A stretch of DNA of 64,000 bases from Eledone cirrhosa (taxonomy: Eukaryota): contig OZ024764.1 of NCBI GenBank assembly GCA_964016885.1, forward strand, positions 25,048,001 through 25,112,000. The letters run 5' to 3'. Positions 1 to 12,606 of this stretch are shown here, in pieces. The notes beneath the pieces were generated by a model. That model had not been told where the DNA came from. It was given only the letters and a program-made list of their open reading frames with translations, and ran no database searches. Each line of letters begins with the position of its first letter. Within the stretch, counting starts at the first letter, position 1. Both the position numbers and the translations under genes were made by a program.

Positions 1-411
1 TCTAAATGTCCGCTAAATAACAATTGCTTAGTTAAAAATATAATATACAACTGTAATGTTAAAACTGACTTAAATTCTTTTAATTATGTTGGTTCCACCT
101 CGACAGAATTTAAACTTCGCTATAATAATCACAAAAATTCTTTCACGGATCCAAATAAAAAATCTTCAACATCACTATCAGGCTTACTCTGGCAACTTAA
201 ACATGATAAAGTTGGATATTCGATGGTTTGGAATATAGTCTCAAAAGGGATTCCTTTTAATTCCTCTTCTGAGACATGTGACCTCTGCGCGGAGGAGATA
301 TTCTTTATACTAAAATCTAAAAATTCCCTTAATTTACGAGCCAATTTATTCAGCTGCTGCAGACATAGATTGAACTCAACTTTTAAATATAAATATAAAT
401 TTAAAATGTAG
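1..411 (+). pseudogene. Penelope-like element 3' fragment (GIY-YIG endonuclease C-terminus), disrupted
   Basis: Translations YVGSTSTEFKLRYNNH and CDLCAEEIFFILK...LNLRANLFSCCRH match the PLE endonuclease C-terminal motifs seen in the other PLE copies here. Confidence 0.75.
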
Positions 412-1693
412 TATAAAATGTAATATATTTACTTAAGATATTTAATTATTTATGAAACTTGGCGATAAATCTTTCGATTCCTTCAATTTTTTTAAAAACC
501 TTTCTGCATGAATATATAATTAATGAGATTAATTAAACTACCCTAAAATTGGCGATGTTCCCAATCTTTTGAATAAATTTTTAAGCTAGATAAACTTCTA
601 TAATAAATATAAGAGCATTTGTAGAATAAGTTTTGAATGATTTCTGCTAATTGAGGTTTGTTGAGCAATTTTGGTTTTTGTTTGCTTTTGATTCTGATTG
701 CTTCTAATGAACTTGACAACATTTGTCAAATAAATTGGAAGGGTGGTTTTATGTGACTGATATGCGTGGCATACTATGCTCTCTTGCGTCCCTAGATACT
801 CTGCGGAGTGACGAAGATATTCTTGGCGTTTTTAATTTTTAATATTGATTTCTGTTGTCTATTCTATGCTTGATCGATAATCATGTAAGTGAGGCAGGAA
901 TATTACTTTAAATGTTAATGTATATTTTATGTCTATATATATATATATGTATGTACATATATGTATGGTGGAATCTTTTGTAACACAATGAAGATTTTCA
1001 TGAAAAATAAGAATCTGTGGAGCATATCACGTAAGTTCACATGTGTGTCTATAATTATCAACCTGAATTTGAGATAACCTTCTCTTTTCTCTTTTTTCTT
1101 TTTTTTTTTTTTTCATGAGAATGCATATATACTTATGTTTGAAGTTTTATCTCAGATTTTGCTTATAGACCTAAGAATTTTTAAACTAAGCATGGGGTCA
1201 TTTTTTTTTTTTTTTCACACATTATGGATATGTGTCTCATTCATGAATACTGATATTTACATTATAATACCTAATTCATAAAAATTGATAATTCAAATGG
1301 ATGAGACATAATATATTTTTAATATATTTTAAATATATCATCTTTCTTTCTTTTTCTCCTCTACACTGGACGTGATCTATGTGTCGGCTATTTTAACTGT
1401 ATCCCTTCCCTCCTTAACCTCTCACATATACGATGATCATCTGTCCCCAAGCTGCCTACTATTTTTTCACTTCCTCAATGTATTTCTCTCTCCCATATCT
1501 CCCTCTCTCTCTATCTCGCTCTGTTGGTTTTCTTTACATACATCTCTTCATCTTCTTCTTTTCATCTTCGTTTTTCTTCGTCTTTCTTTCTATATAACTG
1601 TCCTAATAGTTTCACTACCAAATCAACTTTTTAAATGGAAGTTGCATTACTCTAAGGTATGTCAAAATTATTTATAAAACAGCTTATATATTG

Positions 1694-1768
1694 TATTTTG
1701 TCTGAGGAAGGCATACCATATTTTTAATATTTTTAATATGATATCCCAGAAATATATATAACGAAATA
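1694..1768 (+). ncRNA. Type I hammerhead ribozyme (PLE pseudo-LTR type)
   Basis: Stem I TATTTTGT/ACGAAATA (8 bp); CTGAGGA 1702-1708; stem II GGCATACCATATT/AATATGATATCCC; GAAA 1749-1752; palindromic TATATA stem III; predicted cleavage after 1760. Confidence 0.75.
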
Positions 1769-1809
1769 AATATGGTTTTATAAATATAGTTTCCATTTGT
1801 TTAATATCG

Positions 1810-1839
<30 letters not shown>

Positions 1840-1841
<2 letters not shown>

Positions 1842-2190
1842 GATAAATCTACCAAGAGTTTACGGTAGTGTCCAATCCGTATGAAGAACTCAATGTATTC
1901 CGGATATCATGGAAAGAAGAGATGTAATGAAAAATCACTTTCGGTGAAAGATAAACGGTATACAGAGTCAAGATAAAATATTAAACAAATAATGAATAAA
2001 ACAATGAAACAGTTCCTTATATTAAACAAAAAAAGTTCATTATTTAACGATCGTTTCTAGGATATATATGTGTTAGAATTGGCATGCATATTCAACAGAT
2101 CTATGTACAAAATTATACAAAATTATACAAACTATCAAGATTAAATATACATACCAACACATATATACGCCGTCTTCAGAAATAATATAT
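1840..2190 (-). mobile_element. ~340-bp non-coding HHR-bearing element (solo pLTR or retrozyme-like) between (TA)n tracts
   Basis: Reverse-complement homology to 18294-18620; contains an HHR; no ORF. Confidence 0.7.
2038..2188 (-). ncRNA. Type I hammerhead ribozyme with extended stem II
   Basis: Minus strand: TATTATTT-CTGAAGA-(~120-nt hairpin TATATATGTGTT...AACACATATATA)-GAAAC GATC GTT-AAATAATG. Confidence 0.65.
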
Positions 2191-2239
2191 ATATATATAC
2201 ATGGGAGGGTCATATTTGTGTAATATTGCCAGAATTAAT

Positions 2240-2312
<73 letters not shown>

Positions 2313-2419
2313 ATAATAATAAAATTGAAGACTAAAATCCAAAGAGGGCTCGATAAGGAAAATATATATCAAATATATAAGAACCGTAGAGAAAATATTT
2401 ATTAAAATAACAGATTAAA

Positions 2420-2470
2420 GATTAAGCAAAGAATCGCTGCTTTCACCCTTAACGGGATCTTCTGAAACTA
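2420..2470 (-). ncRNA. Degenerate hammerhead motif at the end of the PLE 3' region
   Basis: Minus strand: cAGAAGA-TCCC GTTAA GGGT-GAAAGCA...TGCTTA; core U>A change and poor stem I. Confidence 0.4.
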
Positions 2471-2557
2471 ACAAAGTCAATCTGTAAACGCAGAACTGGA
2501 TATTTCAAAAAACGTTGCAACCGGAGGAAGACAGGAAGACGATACTTTGGTTCGTGG

Positions 2558-2825
2558 AAACGTTCGCTGGCTAAGAACGGGAAAAAAACGAATAATACGT
2601 CATTAATAGGAGCGGTGAAAAACAATTACGCGCAAAGACAGAACCACGTTTATGGTATAATAGAGGTCGTAGACTAATTTTCTCTTAGGTGGTGCATAGA
2701 GACGTTCTCTGGCGATGAACGAAAAAAACGAAGATAATACGTCATATGTGGAGCGTGGAGAACAATAGCACGCAAAGACAAAACCACGTAAAAGGTAAAG
2801 CAGAAGTTGTAGACTAAAATTCTAA
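2558..2825. repeat. Diverged ~140-bp tandem dimer in PLE 3' region
   Basis: ACGTTC.CTGGC...TAATACGTCAT...GCAAAGACA.AACCACGT...GTAGACTAA occurs twice. Confidence 0.7.
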
Positions 2826-3403
2826 CTAGGAGACCAAATGAATCTCCGCTACAGAGTTAAGAACAAAGTAAATAAATACAATACAGAAGTAATAGAAACA
2901 AATAAATACATACACGCAAACAGATACGTACATATACAAGCATTCGCAAAACCTTACCATAGGTATACAAAACCACGCACATATAAATATGTGTGTGTGT
3001 GTATGCTTGTGTACAAATAAATAAATAAATAATTATATAAACGTATATAAGTAAATAAATACGTATATAACAAGCGCACACACATACCTACAAATAAATA
3101 CACGAATGTTCGGAGACGTAAGTCAACTAAAACAAGAAGTACACATATACACACACCCACCATACGTACGAACCTGCATACTCACGCAGACGCAAAACTC
3201 CCGTATACACATAGCCAAACCCTAAATACCAGAATATGTAAAAATTATACGCCATAACAGTCAAATATACGTACGAGAAGGTATACATACCTTCACAAAA
3301 CATACGGGTAATATATACTTACCTATGCAAATAATTAAAGGAATAAACAAAACATATACTTAGCTCCCACACCAAGACGTAAAATATCCACGTATAGATC
3401 GTG

Positions 3404-3832
3404 CTATCCGTTAGGGTATAACGTGGGGCTGTAATACAGGAAAGTTTTGTGCAATTTATGTTTACAAGCCGAAATTGCCTCAGATCTTTTGTTTAGGATG
3501 TGGTCCCTGGCGTAGAGTATTTCCAGGGCCTCAGCGGCGCAGAGGTCACATGGTCTTTTATTTCCGTTATACGATCTAGCCCTAGCTAGGATCTCCCAGT
3601 GTAACTTATATTGGGTGTGGTTGTCTTTTAGACTCCAGATATAAGCTGAAAGTGACGTCATATTCCTTCTTAGAGGGTAACGAAAAGAATGGGTATGCAT
3701 GTAAAGACGCTGCTTGAAACTATTGGCGGTTAACCCTATGTAGGCCCTACGGGACGTGGGTGTTAGTACTAACTGTAATTGTAGGAATCGGGCTGATTGC
3801 CTCCTATCCGGGAAATGCCTCTCTAGTAACAT
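3404..3832 (-). pseudogene. PLE GIY-YIG endonuclease 3' fragment
   Basis: YIGLTANSFKQRLYMH...CDLCAAE...LNKRSE...CKH. Confidence 0.85.
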
Positions 3833-4196
3833 TGTCTACAAATGTAACACGCACCAGTTGCTTTCACTTCTATTTATTATAATAAATTTATAAATTTAGG
3901 AATTTATAAATTTCCGGTTGGTTGGTTGGTTCCACAACCAGATGGTTGTTTATATATTGTCAAAGTTCTTTCGTCACACATTCTGTGACCTTTTCAGTGA
4001 CTGGGAATTCTTTTCTTTGTTTTTGTGCCTCTCCTTTCTTCTGTCATTACGCCATCTTGTTTCTGTGTGTGTGTTGTGTGCTCAGTCTGCGCATGCGCCA
4101 CATCCGGATGTCTGTGTGTGTTTATATTCGTTTATTTATTTATTTATTCACAGGTTGGTTGTTTGTTCTATGTGCGTGTATGTTTTCATTTTGTCC

Positions 4197-6357
4197 TTAA
4201 TTGTAAGTTGTTATGTTGCTGTTCCACTCATGTTTTCTATTTAATTTTGGTTGTAATTCTTTTATGTTTATTGCCTCTGTGATTTGTCTAAACTTTGCGT
4301 CTTTTCTGTGTGTAGATTCTATTTTTATTTCTATGTTCTCTAATTTACCCTTATGTTCTATTTTAGCATGTTGGTAGAGTACAGATGATTCTTTACTATC
4401 TTGAAGGTCTCGCCAGTGTTCATTTACCCGTTCCCCTACACTACGAGCTGTCTCACATATGTACACTATATTTTTATCTCTACATTGTCCTTCAGTACAT
4501 CTTATGCTATATACTACATTTCTAGTTTTACAGTTAATATGGGGGCTTAATTTACAGGTTATACATTTCTTATCTATACAGGGGGGTCTTTGAAAAGGGT
4601 ATGTGTTGCTAATAAGTGTTTTTATGGAGGTACCTGGTCTTTCTACTATCTTAATATTGAGTTTATGTTTATCTAGAGCCCTTCTAAATTTGTAAGCTAA
4701 TTCAACTCTAGGGGTTGTATCGATGAACATTACACTCTGGTATTTATTGCTATCATACCATGAGTTTATTCTATTAGCCTTTTTCCTAGTTCTTTCTATT
4801 CTATTCCAAAATGTGCTCCTATACAAGGGGCAAGTCCGATTTGTGCTATTATTTACCATTTTTTCCCATTTGATTCTGGCTCCTCTATACAGTCTGATTT
4901 TATCTCTCTGATTGTAACCAGAGAACTGCATACGGTGGATGAAGTGTTGTATGTGTCTCTCTAGTTCTTCGGGGTTGCACATGCGGGACACGTTTCTCAT
5001 CACCCGTACCAAATCTGCAATCAGTATGTTGATTTTGGTATGGTCCGAAACAGCTGAGTTTCGGTGGATCAGATATTTGGAAGTCATGGGTTTGGCATAA
5101 TGGGAATGGAGGATTTGTTTTTTGTTATTAATGGTATCTAACCAGAGCTCTGTGTCTAGTACAGGTAATCGATGGTTGGGGTGTTTGCTTGGGTTGTCTA
5201 TAGTAACACTAATACTCTGGTGGATGGAGTTAGCTATTTGCTGGATGCTTTCCATTGTGTTTTTCTCTAATTCCTGACTGTTCTCTAGTGGGGGTGTCTT
5301 AACTACGATGTTTATATCATCAACGTAGTGGGAGTACATTATCAGCGTTAAGGGGTCTTCTAATTGTTCTTTAAGTTTAAGTTTAAGTCTACTGTCCCAC
5401 CATACCATGAATAAGTTAGCTATGTCGCCTGCAATGCTAACACCAATGGCTGCTCCTTCCTCTTGGGCATATGTTTTTCCATTAAATTTGAACATATGTT
5501 CCTTAAGGGTTAATTTTATGCTGGCCCCCACCGCATGTGCAATCATTTTCTTTAGTTCATCGTGGTTTTCGGGTGTCCGTATGGCTCTGGTCCACCCGTT
5601 CCATCTATCTGTGTTGGTTTTCTTGGCCATTGAGGTAATGGTAGGTGGTCTGCCTCTTGCTGGTCTTGTAGGGCACAGGTTGCTAAGGTCATATGTGTCT
5701 AGATAATCATTACTATAGGTAAGTTAAAGTAGGAGTCCCAGCTCACTGGTATCAATCCCACGGAACTCAACATTGCTCTCACTGATCATTTCTACGCATT
5801 TCTCCACAGCAAAATCCACGTCAATAGATGGATACAGGGACACAACATCCATACTACCTATTATGCAGTTTGTTAGGTCCCTAGATCGGTTACTCTCGCC
5901 GATTCTGCTGAGGAGGTCCTCCGTGCTGTCACATACATCTGGGGACATTTCAATGATGGGGCGTATGATCAGGGAGAGGAAGTAAGACAGTCTGTAGTTA
6001 CTAGCAATGTTAGCTCAACAGAGTGGCCGTGTTGGTGGTCCCGTGACAGGGTCACTGCCCGTTTTATGGTCTTTTCGAAGCCCATACAACACTGGCACGT
6101 CATTGTTCCAGGCCTGGAAGTTGTTGGCAGTCATTTTGTTGGGTTGCATTATATTTGTCCACATCACCATATGGGCATTGAGGGCTTTTTCTCTATCCTC
6201 ATGCTCTTGTGGTGTTACTTCTCTTGTGTTAGTGATGTGGGGTTGCATTTCCTGGATGTAGTTTGGCAGACTGTCAACCGACATTCTGCCAGACTTGTCT
6301 GTTGGAAAGCATGCTATCTCTCCATTACGCGAGCGCTGCATGAGCTTTCGCAAGCCA
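4197..6357 (-). mobile_element. 5'-truncated, frameshifted PLE ORF (RT + GIY-YIG)
   Basis: Consecutive ORF pieces: PTDKSG, LYGLRKDHK...RP, SMDVVSLYPSI, QEEGAAIG, YVDD, CxxxxCxxC linker, VVYSIRC...YICET.R...R..EH. Confidence 0.92.
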
Positions 6358-6639
6358 TTTGACAATATATAAACAAGAGATAGAGAGATAGAGAGATAAA
6401 TATATATATAAAAAATATATATATATAAATAAAAATAAAGAAAGGGGGGAGAGAAAAAAGAAAAGAAAAGATAGCAAAAAAGGGAGAGCAGAAAAGAAGA
6501 AAACGAAAAAAAAAGAGAAAAGGAATGAAGCGGGAGGGAGCGATATAGGTATTGGTTATTGTGGGTAATTAAAGGGGTTAGATACAATAAGAGGGTAGAA
6601 AGTCTAAGTATATCCAGTTTGTCAGGTGGTAGTAAGAGG

Positions 6640-8512
6640 TTAAGGGTTCGATTTGCACTTGTAGTGCGATAACTTTTCTTTGAGTCTATGGTTGCAATAA
6701 ATTGATCTTTCGATTTTATTGTTGAGTAACTTATTCTTCGAACTCAAAAGGTGGAACAGCTCAAGGTCACATAACCGACAGCTTCTCATACCACTCCGAT
6801 ATGGGGGCGCGTTCGATAATTTTTTCCACTTCAGAGTGTATTGATGGTTACTTTCCCTCAGTTGCCAGGTCTTGTTCGCAAGGGTAGTTACATAACGATG
6901 CTGGGAATGTTTCATTGCGTAACGGTGTGTATACCAACGAGCTTTAAAAGTATTCCCAGTCGCTCCGATGTAATACCATTTCTGGTTGTCTGATTCCACT
7001 GTGCATTGGTAAACCAGGTTAGACTGCATACATTCATTATGTAATGGACAGGTTTCAGGTAGGTGGCAATTACAATTCTTGTCATGAGCAACTTTGGCAA
7101 TATCGGTGGGCTGCGATGCTTGTACAAGTGTGTTACGTTTTGTTTGCCTATTAGTGGGTGGTTGTGTATTAAATATTTTGTTGTGTTCGATGGTAATTGC
7201 ATTGTTATTGTTATAAATTTGTGTTCCGGTGATGTTAAGTATCTTTTTAGCGTTAAGCATCTGAATGTGTGCATCCATATTTGGTGCCGTGGAGTAAGAT
7301 AGTCTAATAGATTTAGTGTTAAGGATTTTGCTGTATCTATGTGAATCTGGAAAGTGCTTATTTATTATTCTAAAGAAGGTAGAGGGTAGGTTAGTACTAA
7401 TAGGTGTTAAATATGGGGTTATACCAAATATATTTTTGTGCGTGCTTTGCGGAGGCTCTCATTTATATATTCTACTCTATCTAGGTGGCCTGCCTTATCT
7501 AGTGCAGTATTGTAGTACTCTGTGTGTTCCTCGAAGATTTGTCGGTTAGACGAGACGCGGGAGATCTTAAGGGATATGCTGCGTGGAACGGATTTAATTA
7601 TGGATAGTGGGTGGTTCGAATTACAGTTGATGTATGCTAATTTTTCATTAATATTTTGAAAGGTCTCATAAGTTTCGTATTCAGGTTAAGCGTCGCGTCT
7701 AGAAAGTTAACTATTTTAGTTCTATATTCATACGTTATGCTAAGGCCTAGTTTCCCAAGAGTCTTTCTAATATTCTTACGGAGTCTTTCTATGCTCTGGT
7801 TATTTAGATTCTTAACTAGGAGAAGCGCGTCGTCTCTGTAGATTCCACCGTGAAGGTCGCTAAACTCACTCTGTAAATTGTGGGCTATGTAAATACCTAC
7901 TAAATCTGTGACTTGAGCCGAGTCACCGTGATGTCAAAGTTATTTAATCTATCCTTACGTTCCCAATAGGCGTTTTCAAATTTAATTATTGTTTTTCTAG
8001 CAGCTAATATAATTTTTATCTTGTCGTCTGTCAGGTCAGAATTGGTTTTGGCGAATGCTAAGGCTTTATCCAAGGTATTGGTGATATAGAGGAGTAATGG
8101 TATAAACTTAGATACTTTTTTGTTAGCTATATTGTTAAACCACTTAATTGTTTCGGTAGTGCTACCCCATAGTTTAATCACTAGTTTATTCTTCATTTGT
8201 GCTATCACTCTGTCTAATATATGTTTACTAATTTTCCCAATGTCCGATTTGGACGGATATATAAGTCTAATTGTGGGGTTATGATCAAAATTTTCCTTGT
8301 GGTCCTTGAGATTAAATGTGGGAGTACATGGCCTAAGTGGCTCCGTTCTGTCGTCTACTCCTAGGTGTTTGACTATATTGTGTGCCCCGTTGTTGATGTT
8401 TATCAATGCCGTCTCGTTAGTCCTTTTGTATTTCCTATGTAATTCTTTCCGTATGAAGCTATTGTATGTATTAATGTCCATCGTATACACATTTGAGGTT
8501 TTTTCCGAAAAA
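6640..8512 (-). mobile_element. 5'-truncated, disrupted PLE (RT + GIY-YIG), same family as 23658-25011
   Basis: LKDHKENF..NP..RLI.PSKSDIG, GGIYRDD, FLDATL, CNC...CPL..EC, YYIGATGNTFKARWYTH, CRLC..E. Confidence 0.9.
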
Positions 8513-8571
8513 AAAAAAATCTAATAAACATTTGTCGTACTGCCTCTCTGTTCTGTCCCTGTTCAATTTTT

Positions 8572-8632
<61 letters not shown>

Positions 8633-8717
8633 ATAACCCTTTAAATATGCACAACATATTGAAACTAAAATTTATTTATTCTACAAGATATAATCTCCAT
8701 TGAATGTAATAACATCT

Positions 8718-9657
8718 TTACAGTGCTAGCAAAACACATAGCGCCGAAAGGGGAAGCAACAATCCGGGAACCACTAGCAACTCAACAAGTCCCCAACAGC
8801 CCACAGCACGCTCAACCCACCCACATAGGAATAGACGTAGAAAAATCACATGGTACAACCAACCCTGCTCAGCGGCCCTAAAGAACAGCCTGGCCCAGTC
8901 ATTCTTTAGAGCACTAGATAAATGCTTCCTGAGGGACCATAGATACCACAAGATGTTCAACAGACACACTATGAAGCGCTCGTATTCTACCACGCGCAAC
9001 GTAGCCCAGCACATAGCTAGCATCAATAGGAGTAGACTTAGAAACTACACACAACCAGAACCTGGCAATATAAGCACCCAGCAGAGCCATATGGAGGGAA
9101 GGAATAGTGGACTCAGTACCCACCCTGGGAACCCAAACAGACCCAGGGACCCCCCACCGGGCCCAGGAGACCACCCTATAATATGCAACGGGAACCCCAC
9201 ATTAGGCACTCGGCGGTCGACCACCTCCTGCAACTGCAGAACCCCCACATTATGCCCACTTAGTAATGAATGCCTGAGGAAGAACTTAATATACGGATGT
9301 AGAGTAAAACCCCCCAAATCTGAGCACATTTACATAGGAGTCACATCAACGAGCTTCAAAGACCGATGGTATAACCATCGCCATACCTTTAATAGGGAGG
9401 ACAAAGGGAAAAGAACGGCTCTTTCCGAACTGATCTAGAAGCTCAAGCTGGACAGAACCCCGTAGTCTATGGCCTGGTCCAAAATCTGGAAAGTACCACC
9501 TGATAGAGGGGGATCTGACATCTGCAAACTATGTCTGAGCGAGACCCTCAAGATACTCAGCGGTGGAAGCAGCCTAATAAACCTCAGGCCCAACTTCTTC
9601 AGTACATGTAGACACCTCAGGGCCGGGACCTTCCTAAAGCTATATGGACAATAATAA
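8718..9657 (+). mobile_element. PLE 3' fragment (linker + GIY-YIG) with internal stops
   Basis: RRKITWYN, HRYHKMFNRHTMKRSYS, CNC..CPLSNEC, IYIGVTSTSFKDRWYNH, CKLCLSE...CRH. Confidence 0.88.
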
Positions 9658-9933
9658 CACATTGGGATGGGAACTTCCCTCAAGCTATAGGGACAGTAGC
9701 CCTGCCACACTGATCCCAAGGTAAACCACCCCCTACACACTCACCACCTCTACTCCTGGTTTGATCGACTCCTATAGCAACACATACTTATACATATGTC
9801 CATACATAGATACTGTTGTTTAAAATTATACATACATAGATACTTGCATGTATGTGTATGTGTATATATATATATATATATGTATGTGTATATATATATA
9901 TATATACGTATGTGGGTGTGTATATAATGTGTG

Positions 9934-10002
<69 letters not shown>

Positions 10003-10721
10003 GGAATGCACTTGAGCCTGTGTTTGTGCGTGTGGGCTAGCAACAATGTGCGTTGACATACACACATATGTACTTTATGCCGTAAATAGAAACTGTAGTC
10101 CTTTGCATTTCCAGATTTTGACACTCAGATTTTTGAGGTTTTACACTCCACTTTTATCTCATTTGTTCTTAAAACGCACCACCCCATGATAGTATAAGAA
10201 TTTGAATTCTTTACACTTCTCGATTCTGACACAGGTTTTCAACTTCAGTTAATATTTTTCAAATCTTTAAAATTTTGATATTAGTTGTAACACGCATTTT
10301 TTATTTGCTTATTTGTTTGGCAACCCCACCACGTGAAATTGTGGCAGGATAGATGCCAACCCCTACACACAAATTCTTCTGAACATAGCAGCAGCCCACT
10401 AAAGCTGACCTGCCAGCTGACCCCTTAACACCACTACCACTACCAACACAATGGAGGAGGTCAGCTGTACTTAAACAAAAACAACTACAACAGATTGTCT
10501 TGCCTCAGAAAAATTTCTATAGACTTTTGACTGAGGAATGTTCTCACAACTGACCAATGGGATAAGAGAGTGTCTTATGACGTAATTTGTTTGTTCTAAT
10601 TCATATGATTCCAGTTCCTCAGAGGAATAACAACACAACCAGGAGCTGGACATATCGATGTATTGACAGTGTAAAACACACTTCAACAACATGTGTACCT
10701 GTCTCTACCACACCAATTCGG

Positions 10722-10776
10722 ACTAGCTGAAGAGATCACAGCCAATGATGGCTGTCATCGAAATATATATAGTAGT
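10722..10776 (+). ncRNA. Type I hammerhead ribozyme
   Basis: ACTAG-CTGAAGA(10727)-GAT C ACAGCCA ATGA TGGCTGT C ATC-GAAA(10760)-TATATATA-GTAGT; predicted cleavage after 10771. Confidence 0.75.
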
Positions 10777-10876
10777 ATATCTATAATTTATAATAAACGA
10801 AGCCAAATTTTACATATTCGACTTAATTATTTTATTTTATATATATATATTGATATATATATATGTATATATATAT

Positions 10877-12584
10877 GAGCTGGATGATCATCAACGAGAT
10901 CACAGGGAGGAAGAAAAGGTGTTCGAGTCAGATCCAGGGAACGGGGCCCGAGGATAGGAAGAGGAAATGGCTAGACCATTTTAGGACCCTACTAGGAGAG
11001 CCACCCTCCACAGCCCAGAGCAGTGGGGAGATCAGGCGGCTGTTTGAGGAACTGGATGTTGAGACAGAGCCCTTCACCAGAGAGGAGCTTCAGAGAGCCA
11101 AGAAGAAGATCAAGGAGGGAAAGGCTCATGGAGAGGATGGAGTGGCATCAGAGGTGATGAAGAGGTGTGATTTTGATGATATCATCCTGGGGTTCTGTAA
11201 CGGGGCACTGGAGAAAGGAGTTGCCCCGAATCAGTGGAGGATCAGTAACATCGTCCCAGTGCCAAAGAAGGGAGATCTCTCTAACACCAACAACTACCGG
11301 GGGATCTCACTGACGTCACTTGTGGCAAAGACCCTCAACAGGATAATTCTTAGCAGGATCCAGCCTGAGATGGAGAAGAAGCTCAGGGACAACCAGAACG
11401 GCTTCAGAGAGGGTAGATCAACCACCAGTCATATCCTGATGCTGAGGAGGATATTAGAGGGAGCTAGAGCAAAGTGCCTTCCTGCGGTCATGGTTTTCAT
11501 TGACTTTAGGAGGGCCTTTGATTCTGTGGACCGTTACTGCCTGATGAAGATCTTACAGGCTTATGGAATCCCCAAGAGGATAGTGGACCTGATATCACTG
11601 CTCTACACCAACACCAAAGCCCAAGTCATTACACCTGATGGGATGACAGAGTTCTTTGAGATACTGGCTGGAGTGCTCCAGGGAGATACATTGGCTCCCT
11701 ACCTTTTTATCATCGTAGTGGACTATTGTATGCGCCTTGCACTGGAGAAATACCAGGACACTGGCTTTACTGTAGCACCGGCTCAGAGCAGGAGAGTTGG
11801 GGCGAAAAAGGTATCGGATGCTGAATTTGCCGACGACATAGTTTTGGTGACAAATACAGTGAAGGAGGCAGAGGATTTGATGCGGGAGGTTGAGACTGTG
11901 TCGATGAGTGTGGGGCTGAGAATGAATGAGACTAAAACAAAATATCTGGTGGAGAATGTTGAGAAGCCAGAGGGGATCACTAATGTAGGCGGGAAGCCGC
12001 TGGAATTGGTTGAGGACTTCCTGTATTTGGGAGCAAAGATTGGGAATACGGAAGATGATGTGGTTGGGAGGAAGAGCAAGGCCTGGGCGGCGTGTCACAG
12101 CTTGAGATCGGTGTGGAAGTCGGACCTTCGTAGAGACCTGAAAATCCGCCTCTTCATTGCTGTAGTGGAGTCTGTGCTGCTGTATGGGTCTGAGACTTGG
12201 ACACTGACCAAGAGACTCACTCAGATGGTGGATGGGTGCTACACGAGAATGCTGAGGATGGCTCTGAACATTAATCAGTATACACTGAGGATGAAAAACT
12301 CAGAGCTGTATGGGAGCATCCCAAAAGTCAGCTCAAAAGTGACACAGAGGAGACTGAGGTTGGCTGGACATGCTCACCGACATCCAGAGTTGACATTGCA
12401 CTCAGTGCTCCTTTGGGAGCCCCTACATGGACACATTAGAAGAGGAAGACCAAGGTTAACATATGTTGATGCCCTAAGGACAGACACTGGTCTGTTGGAG
12501 ATGCAGGATATGGCAGCGATAATGAGGGACAGAGACCGCTGGAGAGAACTCGTCCATGGATCTCGGGAATTTTACCCGCCTTAG
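10877..12584 (+). CDS. RTE-clade non-LTR retrotransposon reverse transcriptase, 5'-truncated but uninterrupted
   Basis: PKKGDLS...NYRGISL, QNGFR.GRST, FIDFRRAFDS, GVLQGDTLAP, FADD, FLYLG, LLYGSETW, RRGRP; both ends abut (TA)n, and the first residues of the ORF track are microsatellite. Confidence 0.93.
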
Positions 12585-12606
12585 ATATATATGTGTATAC
12601 ATATAT

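Noticed and set aside
9750-10124. YI/IY/HT/CV-rich ORFs throughout the window
   Set aside because: Translations of (TA)n, (CA)n and (TG)n microsatellites
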